Below, one piece after another: positions 47,896 through 62,489 of a DNA stretch of 64,000 bases. The notes under the pieces are model-generated. The model made no database searches and had not been told where the DNA came from. It worked only from the letters and a program-made list of their open reading frames with translations. Origin of the DNA: Azolla caroliniana (Eukaryota > Plantae > Polypodiophyta); NCBI GenBank assembly GCA_043228905.1, contig JBHGNT010000003.1, positions 14,198,001 through 14,262,000 of the forward strand, in the 5' to 3' direction. Made by a program: the position numbers and the translations under genes. Each line of letters starts with the position of its first letter. Position 1 is the first letter of the stretch.

Positions 47896-50800
47896 AGATC
47901 AAAGAAGAAGGGCGGGTGTTCTCCTTTGCGAGGACAACCAATATTATCACGCCAAATAGAGGTTCTAAGCCATCTAGCCATATCTACACCATTTCATCAT
48001 CGTCAATGTTGACATTGATCGACCCGAGGGAGTCGCACAACTCCATGATCTTCAAGGTGTAGCTATCGATTGACATATCTCTCTATTGGATGTTGTTCAA
48101 CTCTTGTTGGAGTTGAAGTTTTCGTGCAGTTGCGTTCGCCACGAATATCTTTTTGAGGTTCCTGTAAAGAGTAACGTGCGGAAGCAAGTATGAAGACTGA
48201 ACAGAAGGAAGAAAACTCAGGTTTAATGGAGAGCTTGAGCTTACGCAGTATACGCGGGAGAGACAAAGAGACAGAGAGAGGGATAGAGAGAAAATACAAG
48301 ACCTATATTCAAAAAACTCTATTCACCATTCTCTATACATATGTGTGTTCAATGAACACTTTTATACAAGTCCTAGAAGGACTGACCGAAGTACTGACAG
48401 TACTTCAATGCTCACTAAGAGCTCCTACACTAACTCCCAAATATATTCCTCACGGAATATCTTTCCTAACTGCCTCCCGGTTTACGCACCGATCCGGCCC
48501 TACCTACGCACCGGTTTGCGTACCGGTTTACGCATTCGGCCTAACCGATCGGTCCCAACCGATCCGGTCCTCGGCTTCTTCAGCCGATACGGCCGATGTT
48601 GAGCTTGTCTCTTAACAGTCCCCCTCAAGCTCAACTTGAGGCTCTTTGGGATCTTCGGGCTCACAACTCTAGTTCCTCCTGGCTTCACGCCTCGCTCGCG
48701 CTCCACGACCTGTTCGACTCCGGGCGCTTCGACCCTTCCGATCGGCTTGTCTGCTCATGTGGCCCTCATCAGCTCTTCTACTGTTGCGGTGTTGACACTT
48801 CTTCTGCTGCCTTTTCTTCCACTTGGGCCTCGGTTGATTCAGCGTGTCTGAATCAAACATCCGAACCGACTCGGCTAACTCCGATCGGTTTTCGCTCTCA
48901 TCCGAGTTGGCTATCTCCAACTCATCTTTGGTCTTCTCGCCCTCGGTGGCGTCATCTTCCCCATGCGTGGTTGGCTTCGGCTCTCTCCTTCGGTTGCTCC
49001 CCTTCTGTCCTCTTCCGAACTTTTCCGCGGGTCCGCCCTCGGCTTCTTCAGCCGATCCGAAGTCGAACTCGACAACCGAGTCAACCGACTCGGTGGTGTC
49101 GCGGTCTCCGCTCCTTTCCTGCTGCCTTGCTTGGTCGTTCGGGACTATTCTCCCCCTCAAGTTTGGCACGTCGAGGTGACGCAATCCGAGCGCACCTGAG
49201 AATTGCCGCAACTTGTCCAGACCAAGAGGCTTGGTGAAGATGTCGGCAGTCTGCCGATCCGTCGGAACGTATTGAAGTTCGACTTCACCGGAAAGGACAC
49301 GCTCACGGACGAAATGGTAGTGCACCTCAATGTTCTTGGTCCGTGCGTGGAAGACGGGGTTCTTCAAGAGTTGGATGTTGCTGAGGTTGTCGCAGTAGAT
49401 CGTCGTTGGATCGGACACCTTCTCTTGCAGGTCCTTAAGTAGCCGCTTCAACCATAGGGCTTCACATGTCGCGACAGCCACTCCTCGGTAGCCGACTAAC
49501 TGCACGGCTGCACCGGTCCGATATAGTAGTCCCCGGTCCTTAGTGTCGTTGACATACCGAAGTATGTGTTGCGCACACTAAAGGTGCTCCTCGGTAGGTC
49601 GCGCCATGAACTGACTGATCACTCCGACCAGATAACTGAGGTCGGGTCGGGTGATGGTCAAGTATATGAGGCTTCCGACAATTTGTCAGAACCTTGTCGG
49701 GTCGCATACCTTTCTCGTATCGGGACGAAGCTTGACGGTTCTGTCTAGAGGAGTCGAGACGGACTTACAGTCGGCCATCCCGAATTTGAAGAGCATACTC
49801 AACACGTAATGACGTTGGCTGATCAATATGCCTTCAGGGGTACGGATCACTTCGATCCCGAGGAAGTAATGAAGGTCCCCCAGATCCTTCATGTCGAACG
49901 ATGCCGCAAGCTGGAGCTTCACGCGGTTGATTTCACCGAGGTCGGCGCCGGTGATAACCAAGTCATCAACATATAGTAAAATACTAACCGGTCCGAGTCG
50001 ACCTTTCCGGATGAACAGGGAAGAGTCCGATTTTGACGTGACGAAGCCCATCCGACGCAGTTGTTGCGTGATCTTCGCGTTCCAGGCACGCGGGGCTTGC
50101 TTCAGTCCGTAAAGGGACTTCTATAGTCGGCATACTGCCGAGGAGTTCGTTCCGGAGTGAAATCCGGGGGGTTGTACCATGTACACCTGTTCCTCAAGGT
50201 CACCTTGCAGGAAAGCATTCTTTACATCCATCTGATGTAAGTGCCACCCCTTCGCCGCAGCTACTGCGAGCAAAACACGGACGGTCGTCATTTTCGCGAC
50301 CGGCGCAAATGTCTCATCGTAGTCGATGCCGTGTTTCTGCACGTAGCTCTTTGCCACTAGCCGAGCCTTGTACCGGTTGACCGAGCCATCAGTGTTGTAC
50401 TTGACCTTGTACACCCACCTACACCCGATCGGTTTTACCCCTGTTGGTGCGCCAACCAGGTCCCAGGTCTCGTTCTCCGCCAATGCGTGCATCTCTTCCT
50501 CCATCGCGGCACGCCAATTCGCGTCTTTAGCCGCTTCTGCGTAGCTCTCCGGCTCACGCACTTCCGCTACACGGGTCATGTACGCATAATGATGCACCAT
50601 GTACTCGTTGTATCCGAACCGCAAAACAGGGTTCTTCTGGCGGGTAGATCGGTGTAATCTAGCATTAGCCGATGTCGAGGCCTTCTCGGCCGACGCGGAC
50701 TTCACCTTTAAAGACCCGTCACCGGTTCTCTCGGAGTCGGACTCGCGTCGGTCTGACTCGTTCCTATCCGTGCCGGAATCTGACACCTTCTTCTTCCCTT

Positions 50801-53800
50801 TCTCTTTGCGCATAAGCCGTCTCCTCGGCTTCCTGCGCGGGGAATGCACGGTCGAGTCTCCACTACTCGCCGGCTCTTCATCGGACTGGTCGTACCGACT
50901 CAGTCGTCCAATCGGTCCACTCGGTCCACTTAAACAGAGTGAAATCAGACTCTTCGCGGGTCTCGATTTCGGGCTCATCCGGAGGCCTCTCGGCCTCTCT
51001 GACCTCATCCTTAGAGGTCGGATTGGAGTCGGGGTTCGGAGTCGGGGGCTGGTACCAGGACGCGGACTCGTCAAACACAACGTCGCGGCTAACACGCGCT
51101 TGTTTGGTGCGAGGGTTATAGCACTTATAACCCTTCTGCTCATCCAAGTAACCGACCAAGATGCATTTCTCGGCCTTTGCGTCCAGCTTCCTACTTTTCT
51201 CCTTCGGTACATGCACATACGCAATGCTACCGAACACCCTCAAGTGTCGCAAGTTCGGCTTCGTTCCGAAATATAGCTTGTGCGTCGACACTTTGTCTCC
51301 GATCCGGTTCTAGATGTATACCGCAGTCCTTACCGCCTCGGCCCAGTAGAACTTGGGCAAGCTCTTCTCCTCCAGCATTGCCTGTGCCGCTTCCACAATC
51401 GACCGATTCTTCCTCTCGGCCACGCCGTTCTGCTCCGGCGTGTATCTACAACTGAATTCGCGCCGAATTCCCATTTGTTGTAGATAACCGTTGAATTGAC
51501 CAGAAAAGTACTCTTTCCCGCCATCCGACTGCAAGCACTTGATCTTTCGTCCCGTTTCCGTTTCCACGAACCCTTTGAGGTCCCGGAAACAGTCGAAGAC
51601 TTCGCTCTTCCTCTCAATGAGGTAGATCCACGTGTGCCGCGTGTGGTCGTCGATGAAGGAGACGAAATATCGGCTCCCGCCAAGACTAACGTTTTGTGCC
51701 GGCCCCCATACATCCGAGTGTATAAGGTCAAGCTTGTTCCGGCTCCGGTTTCGCTTGTTGGGGAAAGGAAGTTGGTGTTGCTTCCCGAGCTGGCAGGCTT
51801 CACAAATTTGTGCCTTTTGGCCACTAAATTTGGGCAATCCTAACACTACCTGTTTCGATTGCAGATCTTTAAGCCGCTGGTAGTTGACGTGGCCTATCCG
51901 CTTGTGCCACAAGTCGATGTCCGACTCGGATTTTTGTCCCTTCGCGAACATTGCGGTGCCGCCGTCAGTGGAATCGAGGATGAACATCCTCCCGTCTCTG
52001 CACCCTTGCGCAATCACACGGCCTTCTTCCTCAATGAAGCACCCGAGGTGTGTAAACCGAACCTCCATCCCTTGGTCGATGATCTGTCCGACCTAGACCA
52101 AGTTCTTCGTGATTGTCGGAACGTGCAGCACGTTCATGAGTTTCCCTTTCTGCCCGACATGGCTAAGGGGAACTTCTCTGACATTCACGATCGGATGCGG
52201 AGTCTCGTCTCTAGTTGCGACTACTCCAGGTTGTATCGGTTTTTCAAGGTACGAGAACCACTCCTTATGACTCGTCATGTGGTTGACGCGCCAGAGTCTA
52301 CGTACCACACCTCGTCCGATCTCGGGGTGGTCCATTTCATTGAGTTTGCTTCGTGTCTCGTCATGAAGACAGACCCTTCTCCGGCTCTCCTGGAGTCTTC
52401 GGCGTAGTGCGATCGCTGCTGATTTCCCTTGTCGGTATGTCCAGAGCCATTTCCGGAACCGGTTCTCTCCGAAACGGCGCGCTTCTTCCAGCACTCACTT
52501 TCCCTGTGGCCTTTCTTGCCACTGTACCAGCACTCTGCGATGGCCTTCCCTTGCCGGTTCTCATCGCTTCGACTCCCCCTGTTTCCGGAGGGTCCGGAGT
52601 TGCTATCGGCATCACTTCGGTGCCTTCTTCCTTGATCTCGTCGGCCGCCTCCATTGCGCGCCGACTCGCCTCGTCCTCCACGTCCACAGGACCTATCTCC
52701 CTCCGTGTACAGCATTCTGTTGTCGGTGTGCGTGCTTGTAGACGCACCCGCGTGGTTCTCCTCTACCAGGAGCATTGACTGTAAGTTGAAAAAGGACGGC
52801 GTATTCTCCCGGGTACACACAGCCGTTCGGAACGCTCCGAACTTCGACGCCAAACCTCCGAGACAGATCTGGACCATCTCGCTCTCCTCGATGTTCACCT
52901 CTATGGAGGCGAGGGAGTCGCAGATATCCTTGATCTTCGAGGTATAGTCCGCCACTGACATGTCGCGTTGTCGTAGGTTGCTCAACTCCTGTCGGAGCTT
53001 AAGCTTCCTGGCTGTGGTGCTCGCGGCGAAAATCTTCTTCAGATTTTCCCACGCACCCTTCGGCGTCTTTGCATCCCGAACATAGCTCAATAGTTGTTCG
53101 CCCACACACGACGCAAAGCAATATAATACCCTGGTTGCCAATTGCTCCCACGACGAGAAGTCTCTGTGTGTCGATTCGGGTGCCGCATCATTAGCTCCTT
53201 CGACATAACTCCAGTAGCCGTGCCCAAGCAGGTACTGGTGCATCTTGTAGGACCAAGACGCGTAGTTGGTTCTGTCGAGCTTCTCTGTTGGAAGCGAGCT
53301 CGCCATGCCTCTATCCATCGTTCTTCTTGTTCTTCTTCGTCAAGCTGTGTCGGCTGCAGAGAGGTTCTCAACCCTCGCGCTCTGATACCATGTAAAGAGT
53401 AACGTGCGGAAGCAAGTATGAAGACCGAACAGAAGGAAGAAAACTCAGGTTTAATGGAGAGCTTGAGCTTACGCAGTATACGCGGGAGAGACAAAGAGAG
53501 AGAGAGAGTGATAGAGAGAAAATACAAGAACTATATTCAAAAAACTCTATTCACCATTCTCTATACATATGTGTGTTCAATGAACACTTTTATACAAGTC
53601 CTAGAAGGACTGACCGAAGTACTGACAGTACTTCAATGCTCACTAAGAGCTCCTACACTAACTCCCAAATATATTCCTCACGGAATATCTTTCCTAACGG
53701 CTTCCCGGTTTACGCACCGATCCGGCCCTAACTACGCACCGGTCTGCGTACCGGTTTACACATTCGGCCTAACCGATCGGTCCCAACCGATCCGGTCCCA

Positions 53801-54315
53801 ACCGATCCGGTCCCAACCGATCCGGTCCTCGGCTTCTTCAGCCGATCCGGCCGATGTTGAGCTTGTCTCTCAACAGTTCCCCCACGCCTCCTTCGGTGTT
53901 TTGGCCTCTTGGATGTAGTCGATCATGTGATCATGAACGCATGATGCAGGGCGATACAACACACAGCTTGCCACTTGCTCCCATGCTGGGTAGTCGGCGT
54001 GTGTTGGGTTGGGTTGCATTTCTTGTGCTCCTTCAATATAACTCCAATGGCCTTGGCCGACAAGGTATTGGTGCATCTTGTTTTCACATGGGAGAGAATT
54101 GCCCATATGAGTGTTCATGATGGTCGACTTGTGATTTCTTCTTCTCTATGATACGAACTGTGCAGGGTTGTTGCTACATTGATCTGCCAATTCTTCGTGA
54201 ACGTTGACGTAGGCACAACACACACGGATGGGCTTGGATCAAGCTACCAAACCCTCTAATACAATGTAAAGAATCAGGTGTGATTCTATGCAGCAGAAGT
54301 GATCTATGTGTGTGC

Positions 54316-54373
<58 letters not shown>

Positions 54374-54662
54374 ACAAGGAATATAGAAAAAAAGAAAAAT
54401 GGTATCCACAAGGAGCAAGATGAACCAATAGTTACAAAGAGAAGGAGAGGGTGCTTATGTATTCACCTTCTCTCTATGTTCTCCCACTACAACCACCACT
54501 TGGAAAAGGGTTTAGGATTTAGGGTTTATGGTACTAAATATGTGTCATAGGACTTAACTTCTATGACACTTAGTTTATAATACAAGGAGGAGGGATGTTC
54601 ACACACTTGGTTATTCTTAAGGTGTGTTCCCACACTATGGAAGTTGAGTTTGATTCTCAACA
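47896..54662 (-). mobile_element. Old G-family copia 'I': 5' LTR plus gag, split by H
   Basis: LTR 54265-54662 has G-type termini and a (GA)n tract; degenerate PBS; gag reads ...KTPKEAWG / NLKKIFVANATARKLQL across H. Confidence 0.75.
48163..53875 (-). mobile_element. Copia 'H' (E family), near full length, degenerate
   Basis: LTRs 48163-48617 and 53391-53875; TSD GTTCC; PBS 53379-53390; gag-pol 53318 to about 48620 with frameshifts and an RNase H deletion near 49490. Confidence 0.95.
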
Positions 54663-57600
54663 AGGTTGATAATGGATCTCAATGGTTGTTGAAATTTGAA
54701 GAGGCCAAGGACGTTTATGTATCTCCAAATTATAGATTTATTTGGGGGAAGTTACAAAATATACCATTGTTCCATGGATTTTTGCCCCATTTTTGCCAAT
54801 GAAAACAAATGTTGTGCCTTGGGTGGATTGGTGGTTAAAGGATAATACATGCTTGTTACCACTTACTACAAATATATTGTATAATCATGCAATGACATCA
54901 TTATTTTGGCTATCACCTAAAGCAAAAAAAGGGTGAAATGTATATAAGTCAAATGTAAGGTGATGACAAATATTATAACATGGTTGATATTCCCATTTTC
55001 TGTTTTGTGCAAATATATTCATATGGAGAGTCATGACTAGTGGGCTCCCATTAGGTTCAACCTTAAAGAGACGAGGACGAGGGTCAAGTATGATATTAGG
55101 AACTGCAACGCAATTGGAATATGCCGGAATATGCCTAATGCTTTCATGTTTGATAGTAGACATGTGGTGAAAGCCTATATGAAGGGGTTAAAAGGCATTC
55201 TTATGTGGAAATTTTGGATTTTACATCATGTGGGGGTCATTTCTTCAAGTGCATATCCAGGTTTTGTAATGGTGTTATAGGATCTCTCTTTCCCTACATA
55301 GGTAGGTAGAGGAGACTAAGACATTATAACAAGTGGATTTCACATACGATTAATATAATTGTGTGCTTTTACCTGTGAGAGAGAGAGAGAGAGAGAGAGA
55401 GAGGTTCTGCTTTGCATTCATTGAGATGTGTCCTCATCAAGTCACTCCCTTCACCTAGATCTAAGTTCAATGCCACAAATTTGTAAAACGTCTTGACACC
55501 ACTTGTATGTCAAATGCTAACCACAACAAAATCTCTTGTATGATCATTTTATAGTTCATTAGACCATATCATGGAATGAAGCTTCCACTTCCATACAATA
55601 TTGTTGACAATGACAATTTTCTTCAAGACGTGTTGAAGCATCTATTTCCTTGACTCAACTAGTCCGTTGTACTAGGCCTCTAATTAGAACATGTGTGGTG
55701 TTTGTTGATGATGGTGTCGTGCCCAATGACATGCTAGATGACCTAATTGATGAAGTGGTTGCCTTAATTATTTATTAGTTCGATCAAGAAATCAAGGCAG
55801 TGCAAGATGTATTTTTAAAGGAATTGTGTTGTTGATAATGTCATATTTGCCCAACGCGCTTATGCCTCCACCCACGGTGTACAATAGTTAGTTACTATGA
55901 CAATATAACAATAGGCAATTGCCACACTTCACAATAAGAAGTTGCCTTCTCTGATGCTTCAATCTTCAACTATGCACATAGGGATGGCTTTGGTTAACTA
56001 ACTTAAGACTTTAGAACTTAAGGATAACAACTTTATACCAGGTGTTTAATAATTTAAACATTGAAGATCAAAGGGAAAGACATATTCAACTTAAAAGACC
56101 CTCGCTCAAAACTTTTATAGAGAAAATAACCACATATTATTGTCGAAGTTAGCACCTCCTTTTCTCTTATTGCAAGCTCCTTGTGTTCTATAATAATCAC
56201 TCTCTCACTTTTATTTGTGCAATTCACTTTTACTTCGTTAAACTCTATCCGATCGTTTAACTAACGACCTATTCAAGATGTACTGACTTAACTTCTACTT
56301 TATGAGGTCTATTGTGAATGTTATCCTATTCTATGTATTTTACCAAAATAGGCCCTTCCATATTTTTAGGTGGCCAATTGCATATTATTGTTATATCCTA
56401 CTAGAAGGCCAATGGTTCCTTATCAAACCATTTTGTTCTTTGAGCTACATTTCGTGATGCTTTTGCAATGCATCAATGTGCTTAATAGAAAAACATTTCT
56501 TTGAGCAAGAACAAATGACTTCCTTGAACATTCCCGATTTGCATTATAGTGTAGCACCATTTCTGAGCTTTTTGTTTTGGTATGCATAGATCCTCTTTTA
56601 AAGTTTATACACTCACCACTCAAGGGAGCTTTTTGTCACGGTCTCCATGGAGTACACATCAAGTAGAAATGTTGAATAGATACTGACTTGGAAAATGTTG
56701 TAGTTAAGCTTTGCATGTAAATGTAAGGAAAATGTAGGAGTTCTAAAAATACATGTGAAGTCGTGAAAAACGTGGTAAATAGGTTTGTTACTATGAGATT
56801 GAATACACTTCAATGGAATGACCAATACAACCATGAAAGTGATGGCATGTACTTTGGTGATGATCATGATGATGTTATGTGCTCATAGGAATAGAATAAC
56901 ATCTTAATTTATTTATATAATAAAAGAATCTTTCTCTCTCTTTCTCAATTACGAGAAAACATTTTAACATGTAATATCTAGTTAAGTTTAGTAGGCCATT
57001 CTTTCTTTCTTTTTGCCTAAAAAGGAGCTACTTTCCCATTAGTTAGGAGAGATTATTACAGAAAGGTACAAGGTGGCTTATATATAAATCAGGTTTAGGC
57101 CATTCTTGTAATCTCTAGTTCGGTATCATAGGCCCCATAAAAGATATTAATATCAATTTCTTTTTTTCTAATTGATAGTGTGTGTCATTTTTAATAATAA
57201 TCATCCTCTTTTCTATGTTTTCTAAGATGTGTAATATTTTATCATGTATTGTACTATTGTAATTAACAAAGATCCCATGATTCAAACTTTTATTTTCTTT
57301 GATGATCTAAAAGTTGCAATCCCTCATACTCTCTCTATCTCTTGCTCATGAACATTCTCTCTCTCAATTTTGCTTGTCATTAGATGCCTTCATCTTGCAA
57401 CTCTTTAATGCCATTAAACACCACAATAGACTATAAGGTTCACTCCAAGAGTTTTAACGGCTCTTTAATGTATTAAACTTTCCATTGATTGCATATGGGA
57501 GGGGAATTAAGTTGAGAACCGGTGAAGTTATATTAAATAAGTATTATTCACCATTCACCTAATTATTATATGTCTAATTCTGATTAGTTTCAATTTAAGC

Positions 57601-59855
57601 TAATAGTTGAGCATGTATCGCAATTGTTATATTGCATATTATATAAATATACTATACTATTTCAATAATATTGTAAAATGTCTCAATATAGTTATTAGGT
57701 CAGAGAATTTACAAGAACTTGCTTGTTCATGTTTCAAATATATTGTCTTTTTAATGTTGGGGTTACGTTATAATGAAAATATACGTATAATATAAGAGTA
57801 ACCCACCATTCAAATCAATGTGCTTGATCATGAGGTTTCATAGTGTGTAAATAAGGCTATTGATGTTCCAAGTACTCTAGTGAGTGAGAACATAAAAACA
57901 TAATCCAAAGCTCACCGAAATAACATGTATCAATCGGGTCAAGTTACTTTGTCAATAATATTGTACAAAAGATTCCTAATAACCTTCACGAATTGGAATT
58001 GAAAAGGAACTCTCGCCCCCCAAAATGATCAAGTTACAAGTTATTATATAACTTTACTCATTTAGACAACTTCTCAAATCATGTGCAACGCATCTTTATT
58101 GAATGTGGTTGTAAATGGAACAGACATTTCCACAAGTCCAAGGGAGAAACAATACTTTTTTGTCCAACAGTTAGCTTTTGACAAGGTTGCATTGTTTTTG
58201 AGATTCAAATGTCATTTTTTGTCATGCATAACTAATATCTATATATAAGAGTTGCATACAGACAATGGCAAGTGTGTTTGCTTGATGATAATTATTGTCC
58301 TCAAGAGGCCATAAATGAAATGTAGGTCATTCATCAAGACACCTACATGATGCAATTCCCCTCTTATGGGATTGATAGTTGTGTGTCTCACAAGTACATG
58401 TAGCATCCTTGAAGTCGGTTTCCCCTTTAGCTTTAGAAGATCTTGGATTGTGGATGATAAGTGGGAACCTTGTTCTTATGTTGGCATATGCAACAAAATT
58501 GAGTATGCACTACTCCTCATCTTTGACCTCCTGATCCTTGCATATTATGCATGTATGTTGTGTTCCACCTCTTTATCTATGTGTTTACCACATTCCACTC
58601 TCAATGGTTTCAACCTCATGGGTACATGTTCTTAAGAGGATAATCACATGTCTTGTAGGAGAAATGTGAGGATGATGAGGTGGAATATGTGTGTTCGGAT
58701 GTAGTTCGATAACACAAGTTTTAGAGGTTTTGGTAGTGTTGTAGTTTGTCATGCTTTCCCCCCACTTTATGTTTGGCTTTTTATGATGTTACCAAAATGG
58801 AGCTCAGTATTGACCATAGTTCTTTTTATCACAAAATGATTCTCATAAGTCTCACCTTGTCCTGTGTCCAATTCAATGAGAGGGTATTTTGTATATATTT
58901 TGAAGATGCGGTTTCATGTTTCCAATGGTGGACAATTTGATATATCCTTCATGTTGTTCATATACATCTCGATGATTTCCTGAACTTGTAATAACAATAA
59001 CCTCACTTAAACACAATATTCAAAGTATCTCTTTCATGCGTAAATATTGCTTTAGATTTCAATATATCAAAAATGAGAAGACTTTCGCTACTAGAAAAGA
59101 ACAAAGAAATTTTTAATACCTTATGTGGTGAGTTGTGACTCAACAGCTTGATTAGATGGTCATCATATATTTATATCTTGGAAGTACTCCAAATTGGATT
59201 ATTGCCGAATTAATTGTATTATGGTATTTACATTTAAAGACTCTAACTTAAAGTCTATAAAAACTTAATGAGGGTAACAAAGTAAGGAGCGTATGAAATT
59301 GTCATCGGTTGAATTCCGTCTACACTAGTTATTATTTTGGAAACTTCTAGCATACTATTGCAAGAAGTTTTTGAAAACTCTTGAGAACTGCCGCATGATA
59401 GGCTCTATTTCCCTCCCTTAAAATAACAAATCTCTTACACTTAAATGATGAAACTAACCTACCTTCAAAATGCTCAACAAAAGTTTTGAGGCTAAACACT
59501 CATACATAAAATTGGTTACTTCAAAGGAACTACTAATATAGGAAGTTTAAGGGTTGTCACTGCGTATCTAGAAAAATAGACTAACTTCTAGTTAGAGGTT
59601 GACAAAAATTGGAAAGCCGATGGTGTCTATTGTGGATGACATGTATGTTGTGGCTTTGTAGGGAGAGAGAATATGAGAGTAGTCAAATCCTTACGATGGG
59701 TGGGTCACACACAATGGCACCACAGGTGTGCCCCGATTCACACAACACAACTAAGCTCATCTATACAAGAAAAAGAAGCATATGTAGTTTGTGGGGACGC
59801 AAGTTGTGACTCGACCCCAATATACAACAACGAATGGTATTATGCATTGTACGCC

Positions 59856-59905
59856 ACACACAAGATCAAAACAATAGAGGATCACACAAGATCAAAACAA
59901 TAGAG
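59856..59905 (+). repeat. Short tandem duplication of about 26 bp
   Basis: CACACAAGATCAAAACAATAGAGG twice. Confidence 0.8.
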
Positions 59906-60279
59906 GGATCCTCTATTCGATATACAAGAGTGTAGTGTAGGATCTCAAAATTATGCATCGTAGCCAAAGGACTTGCGAGTTGGATGTCCGGGCAGGTGCT
60001 AGAAGGTCACGCGTTTGAAAGTAAGAAACGAAGGTATGTAGTAAAGAGAAGAGGCCTTTTGCTTGTATTGGTGGTAGTAGGTAGTTGTCTTGTCTCTTTG
60101 TTTATCTAGCAACAACACAACCACCATTAAACCTAAACTAGTTGTTAATTATGAGAAAAAGAAAAGAAAAGAGAGATTAATTTATTTATCATTCATTCTC
60201 CATCATCAATCAATCAATCATCAACGGAAATAGCCGATCGACGCCAAGTCCCCACCCAAGTCACAACACCACACAAACC

Positions 60280-60300
60280 CCATACATACCCATACATACA

Positions 60301-60334
<34 letters not shown>

Positions 60335-60352
60335 GAAGAAAGGGGCCGAGAA

Positions 60353-60414
<62 letters not shown>

Positions 60415-60866
60415 ATAGCAAGTAATAGAAGTGTAGGAGCATGGAGGGGTAATCCTTTGTGTCTAAATTAAGCGAAGCTGTAACCAACTCACGCACTGGC
60501 TGCCTATTCATTCTTGATACATACATACATACATACATACATACATAATGAGAATGAGAAGAATATGGGTAGGTAGGTGGGTTAGTTGGCTGGCGGCGTT
60601 TAAATGATCTCCATTCCATTTTGCTTGCTTTACATCAGTAATAATAGGAAGGAACTCCCCCCCCCCCCCCCCCCCCCCCTCTCTCTTGTCTCTCTTTGTT
60701 CTGTCTTTATACATACATACATACCAACACGTACCATATATGCCATACATGTATGTAATATATAGTATGTAATACATATGTATATAAAGAGAGAGGGGAG
60801 GGCATCGGAGAGGAGAGCTCAATCATATCATTACTATCAGTAGCGATACGACGTAGTAGCAGTAAT

Positions 60867-60901
<35 letters not shown>
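60280..60901. repeat. Microsatellite cluster (TACA)n, (GA)n, poly-C, (TC)n upstream of the peptide gene
   Basis: Directly visible simple repeats. Confidence 0.9.
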
Positions 60902-60905
<4 letters not shown>

Positions 60906-61310
60906 GCAGAGTCAAGTCACATCTCGCGTATTTGGCGACAAGCAGCATCAGCAGCAGTTGAGGTTAGAGGTCAAATTTACACGTATCATAACCCGTATAT
61001 TTTAACTGTAATGGGGCCTACGCTAGCTTAACTTAACTAATCAGGCGATGAGATGAGCAGTGACATACATAATCTAATGTCTAATCATCAGTCAATTGTT
61101 GTTCGCCAAGAGACTCATTTTGCGCTACAGTTATGAGCTAACCAGTTCTTCCGTCCTTTCCTTTCTGTTTCTAAGATCATTTATCTTTTGATATACATAT
61201 ACATATTATTATCAAATCCAGCTTGCGGCTCAGTCATAGTAGTGTGTGTGTGTGTGTTTTGGGATTGCAGGTCGTCAAAGTTATTGTAGTAATATATAGA
61301 TTATTGGATC

Positions 61311-61595
61311 ATGAAGTCGGCAGCGTGCGCTTTGATGGTGATGGTGGTGGCGTTGGTGGTGATGTGGGGGGCGGGCGACGAGGGTTTCACAGCCACGGAG
61401 GCCGCACGTGTGGGACCGTGGAGCATGGCGGCGGCCAAGCATTTTGTGAGGCGCCAAGCATTTGATGTGAGGAGGGAGGAGGAGGAGGAGCTCCCTCCCC
61501 TTGCAGAGCAAGAGAAGGTGATGGCGCTGCGGGAGGACATGGATGCTGCAAACAGGGAGCTCATGGCCGCCGACCCTTACTACACGCACTGGTAG
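61311..61595 (+). CDS. Small secreted peptide precursor, phytosulfokine-like (94 aa)
   Basis: GC-rich ORF in AT-rich context; hydrophobic signal peptide, AAR motif, acidic EEEEE, C-terminal RELMAADPYYTHW; likely 5' UTR intron ending TTGCAG at 61270. Confidence 0.6.
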   Translation: MKSAACALMVMVVALVVMWGAGDEGFTATEAARVGPWSMAAAKHFVRRQAFDVRREEEEELPPLAEQEKVMALREDMDAANRELMAADPYYTHW

Positions 61596-62489
61596 ACACT
61601 AGGACTAGTCTCACTTCACTTCACTTCACTTCACTTCACTTCACTTCAAAGTTTGGCGTGGCTTCCTTTTATATTTATAATTTATTGGTATGATTATTTC
61701 GTAGCAACAGCACTAGTAGTAGCAGTAGCAGTAGCAGTAGCAGTAGTAGTTGTAGTAATAGAAAGCTGTGGTTTAGCTAGAATTCCATAAGTACATGATT
61801 GATTACTTTTGATTGAAAGTTGTGGAAAATCATCATTTCCAAATGCTGCTGCTGGTTACCCCCAAACCATATGTTATCCTCACAATCAGAGTAGCGCTCC
61901 CATGTATGAGTGAATTCTTCTGTAAAACTTCAATCAATCTGAACATCTAATCACAAATATTTAATTCGTTATATTCCTTGTAGCGCTTCTTTTGATTACG
62001 TTTATGGAGCTCGTTTTAAAGCGTTTCTGATATATGGTGTTTTCTTTACTGCAAATAAGAATCGATGTTTTCCCTCCACATGAAGCATCATCCATGCTCT
62101 CTAATTCTGTTTATTGAGAGAGGAATTAGGCGTCCGTTTCGGAACATGTAACCATTATGCAAGATGCCTTTTCCTGCGTGATCATACGATTTCGATGTGG
62201 CCGTTTATTGCCATGAGAACAAGTGGCGTCAGATCCCCGGATCTTGACGATGGTTAATAGAGAGTGTTTGGGAAGTAACCGCCATAGATTGATTAGCCAT
62301 AATTTGAAGACATACTTATATTCAGCTGTCTGTTCTTCCACTCTACTAGTAGCCATTTTAGTTTGATATTTCGTGTAATCATACAGTGGCGTTTTGCTAG
62401 TTAATAAATAATATGATTCCCATCTCCTACCCCGTTTCTTTGTTTGCATATTCTACGTGTACTCAACGCATTAGTTAACAATAACTAAT

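Noticed and set aside
54663-59600. Possible decayed transposase in the AT-rich region
   Set aside because: Only short ORFs with no recognisable motif; would need a translated HMM search.
61281-61589. Minus-strand His/Ser-rich ORFs
   Set aside because: Shadows of the plus-strand ORF, which has a signal peptide and splice context.
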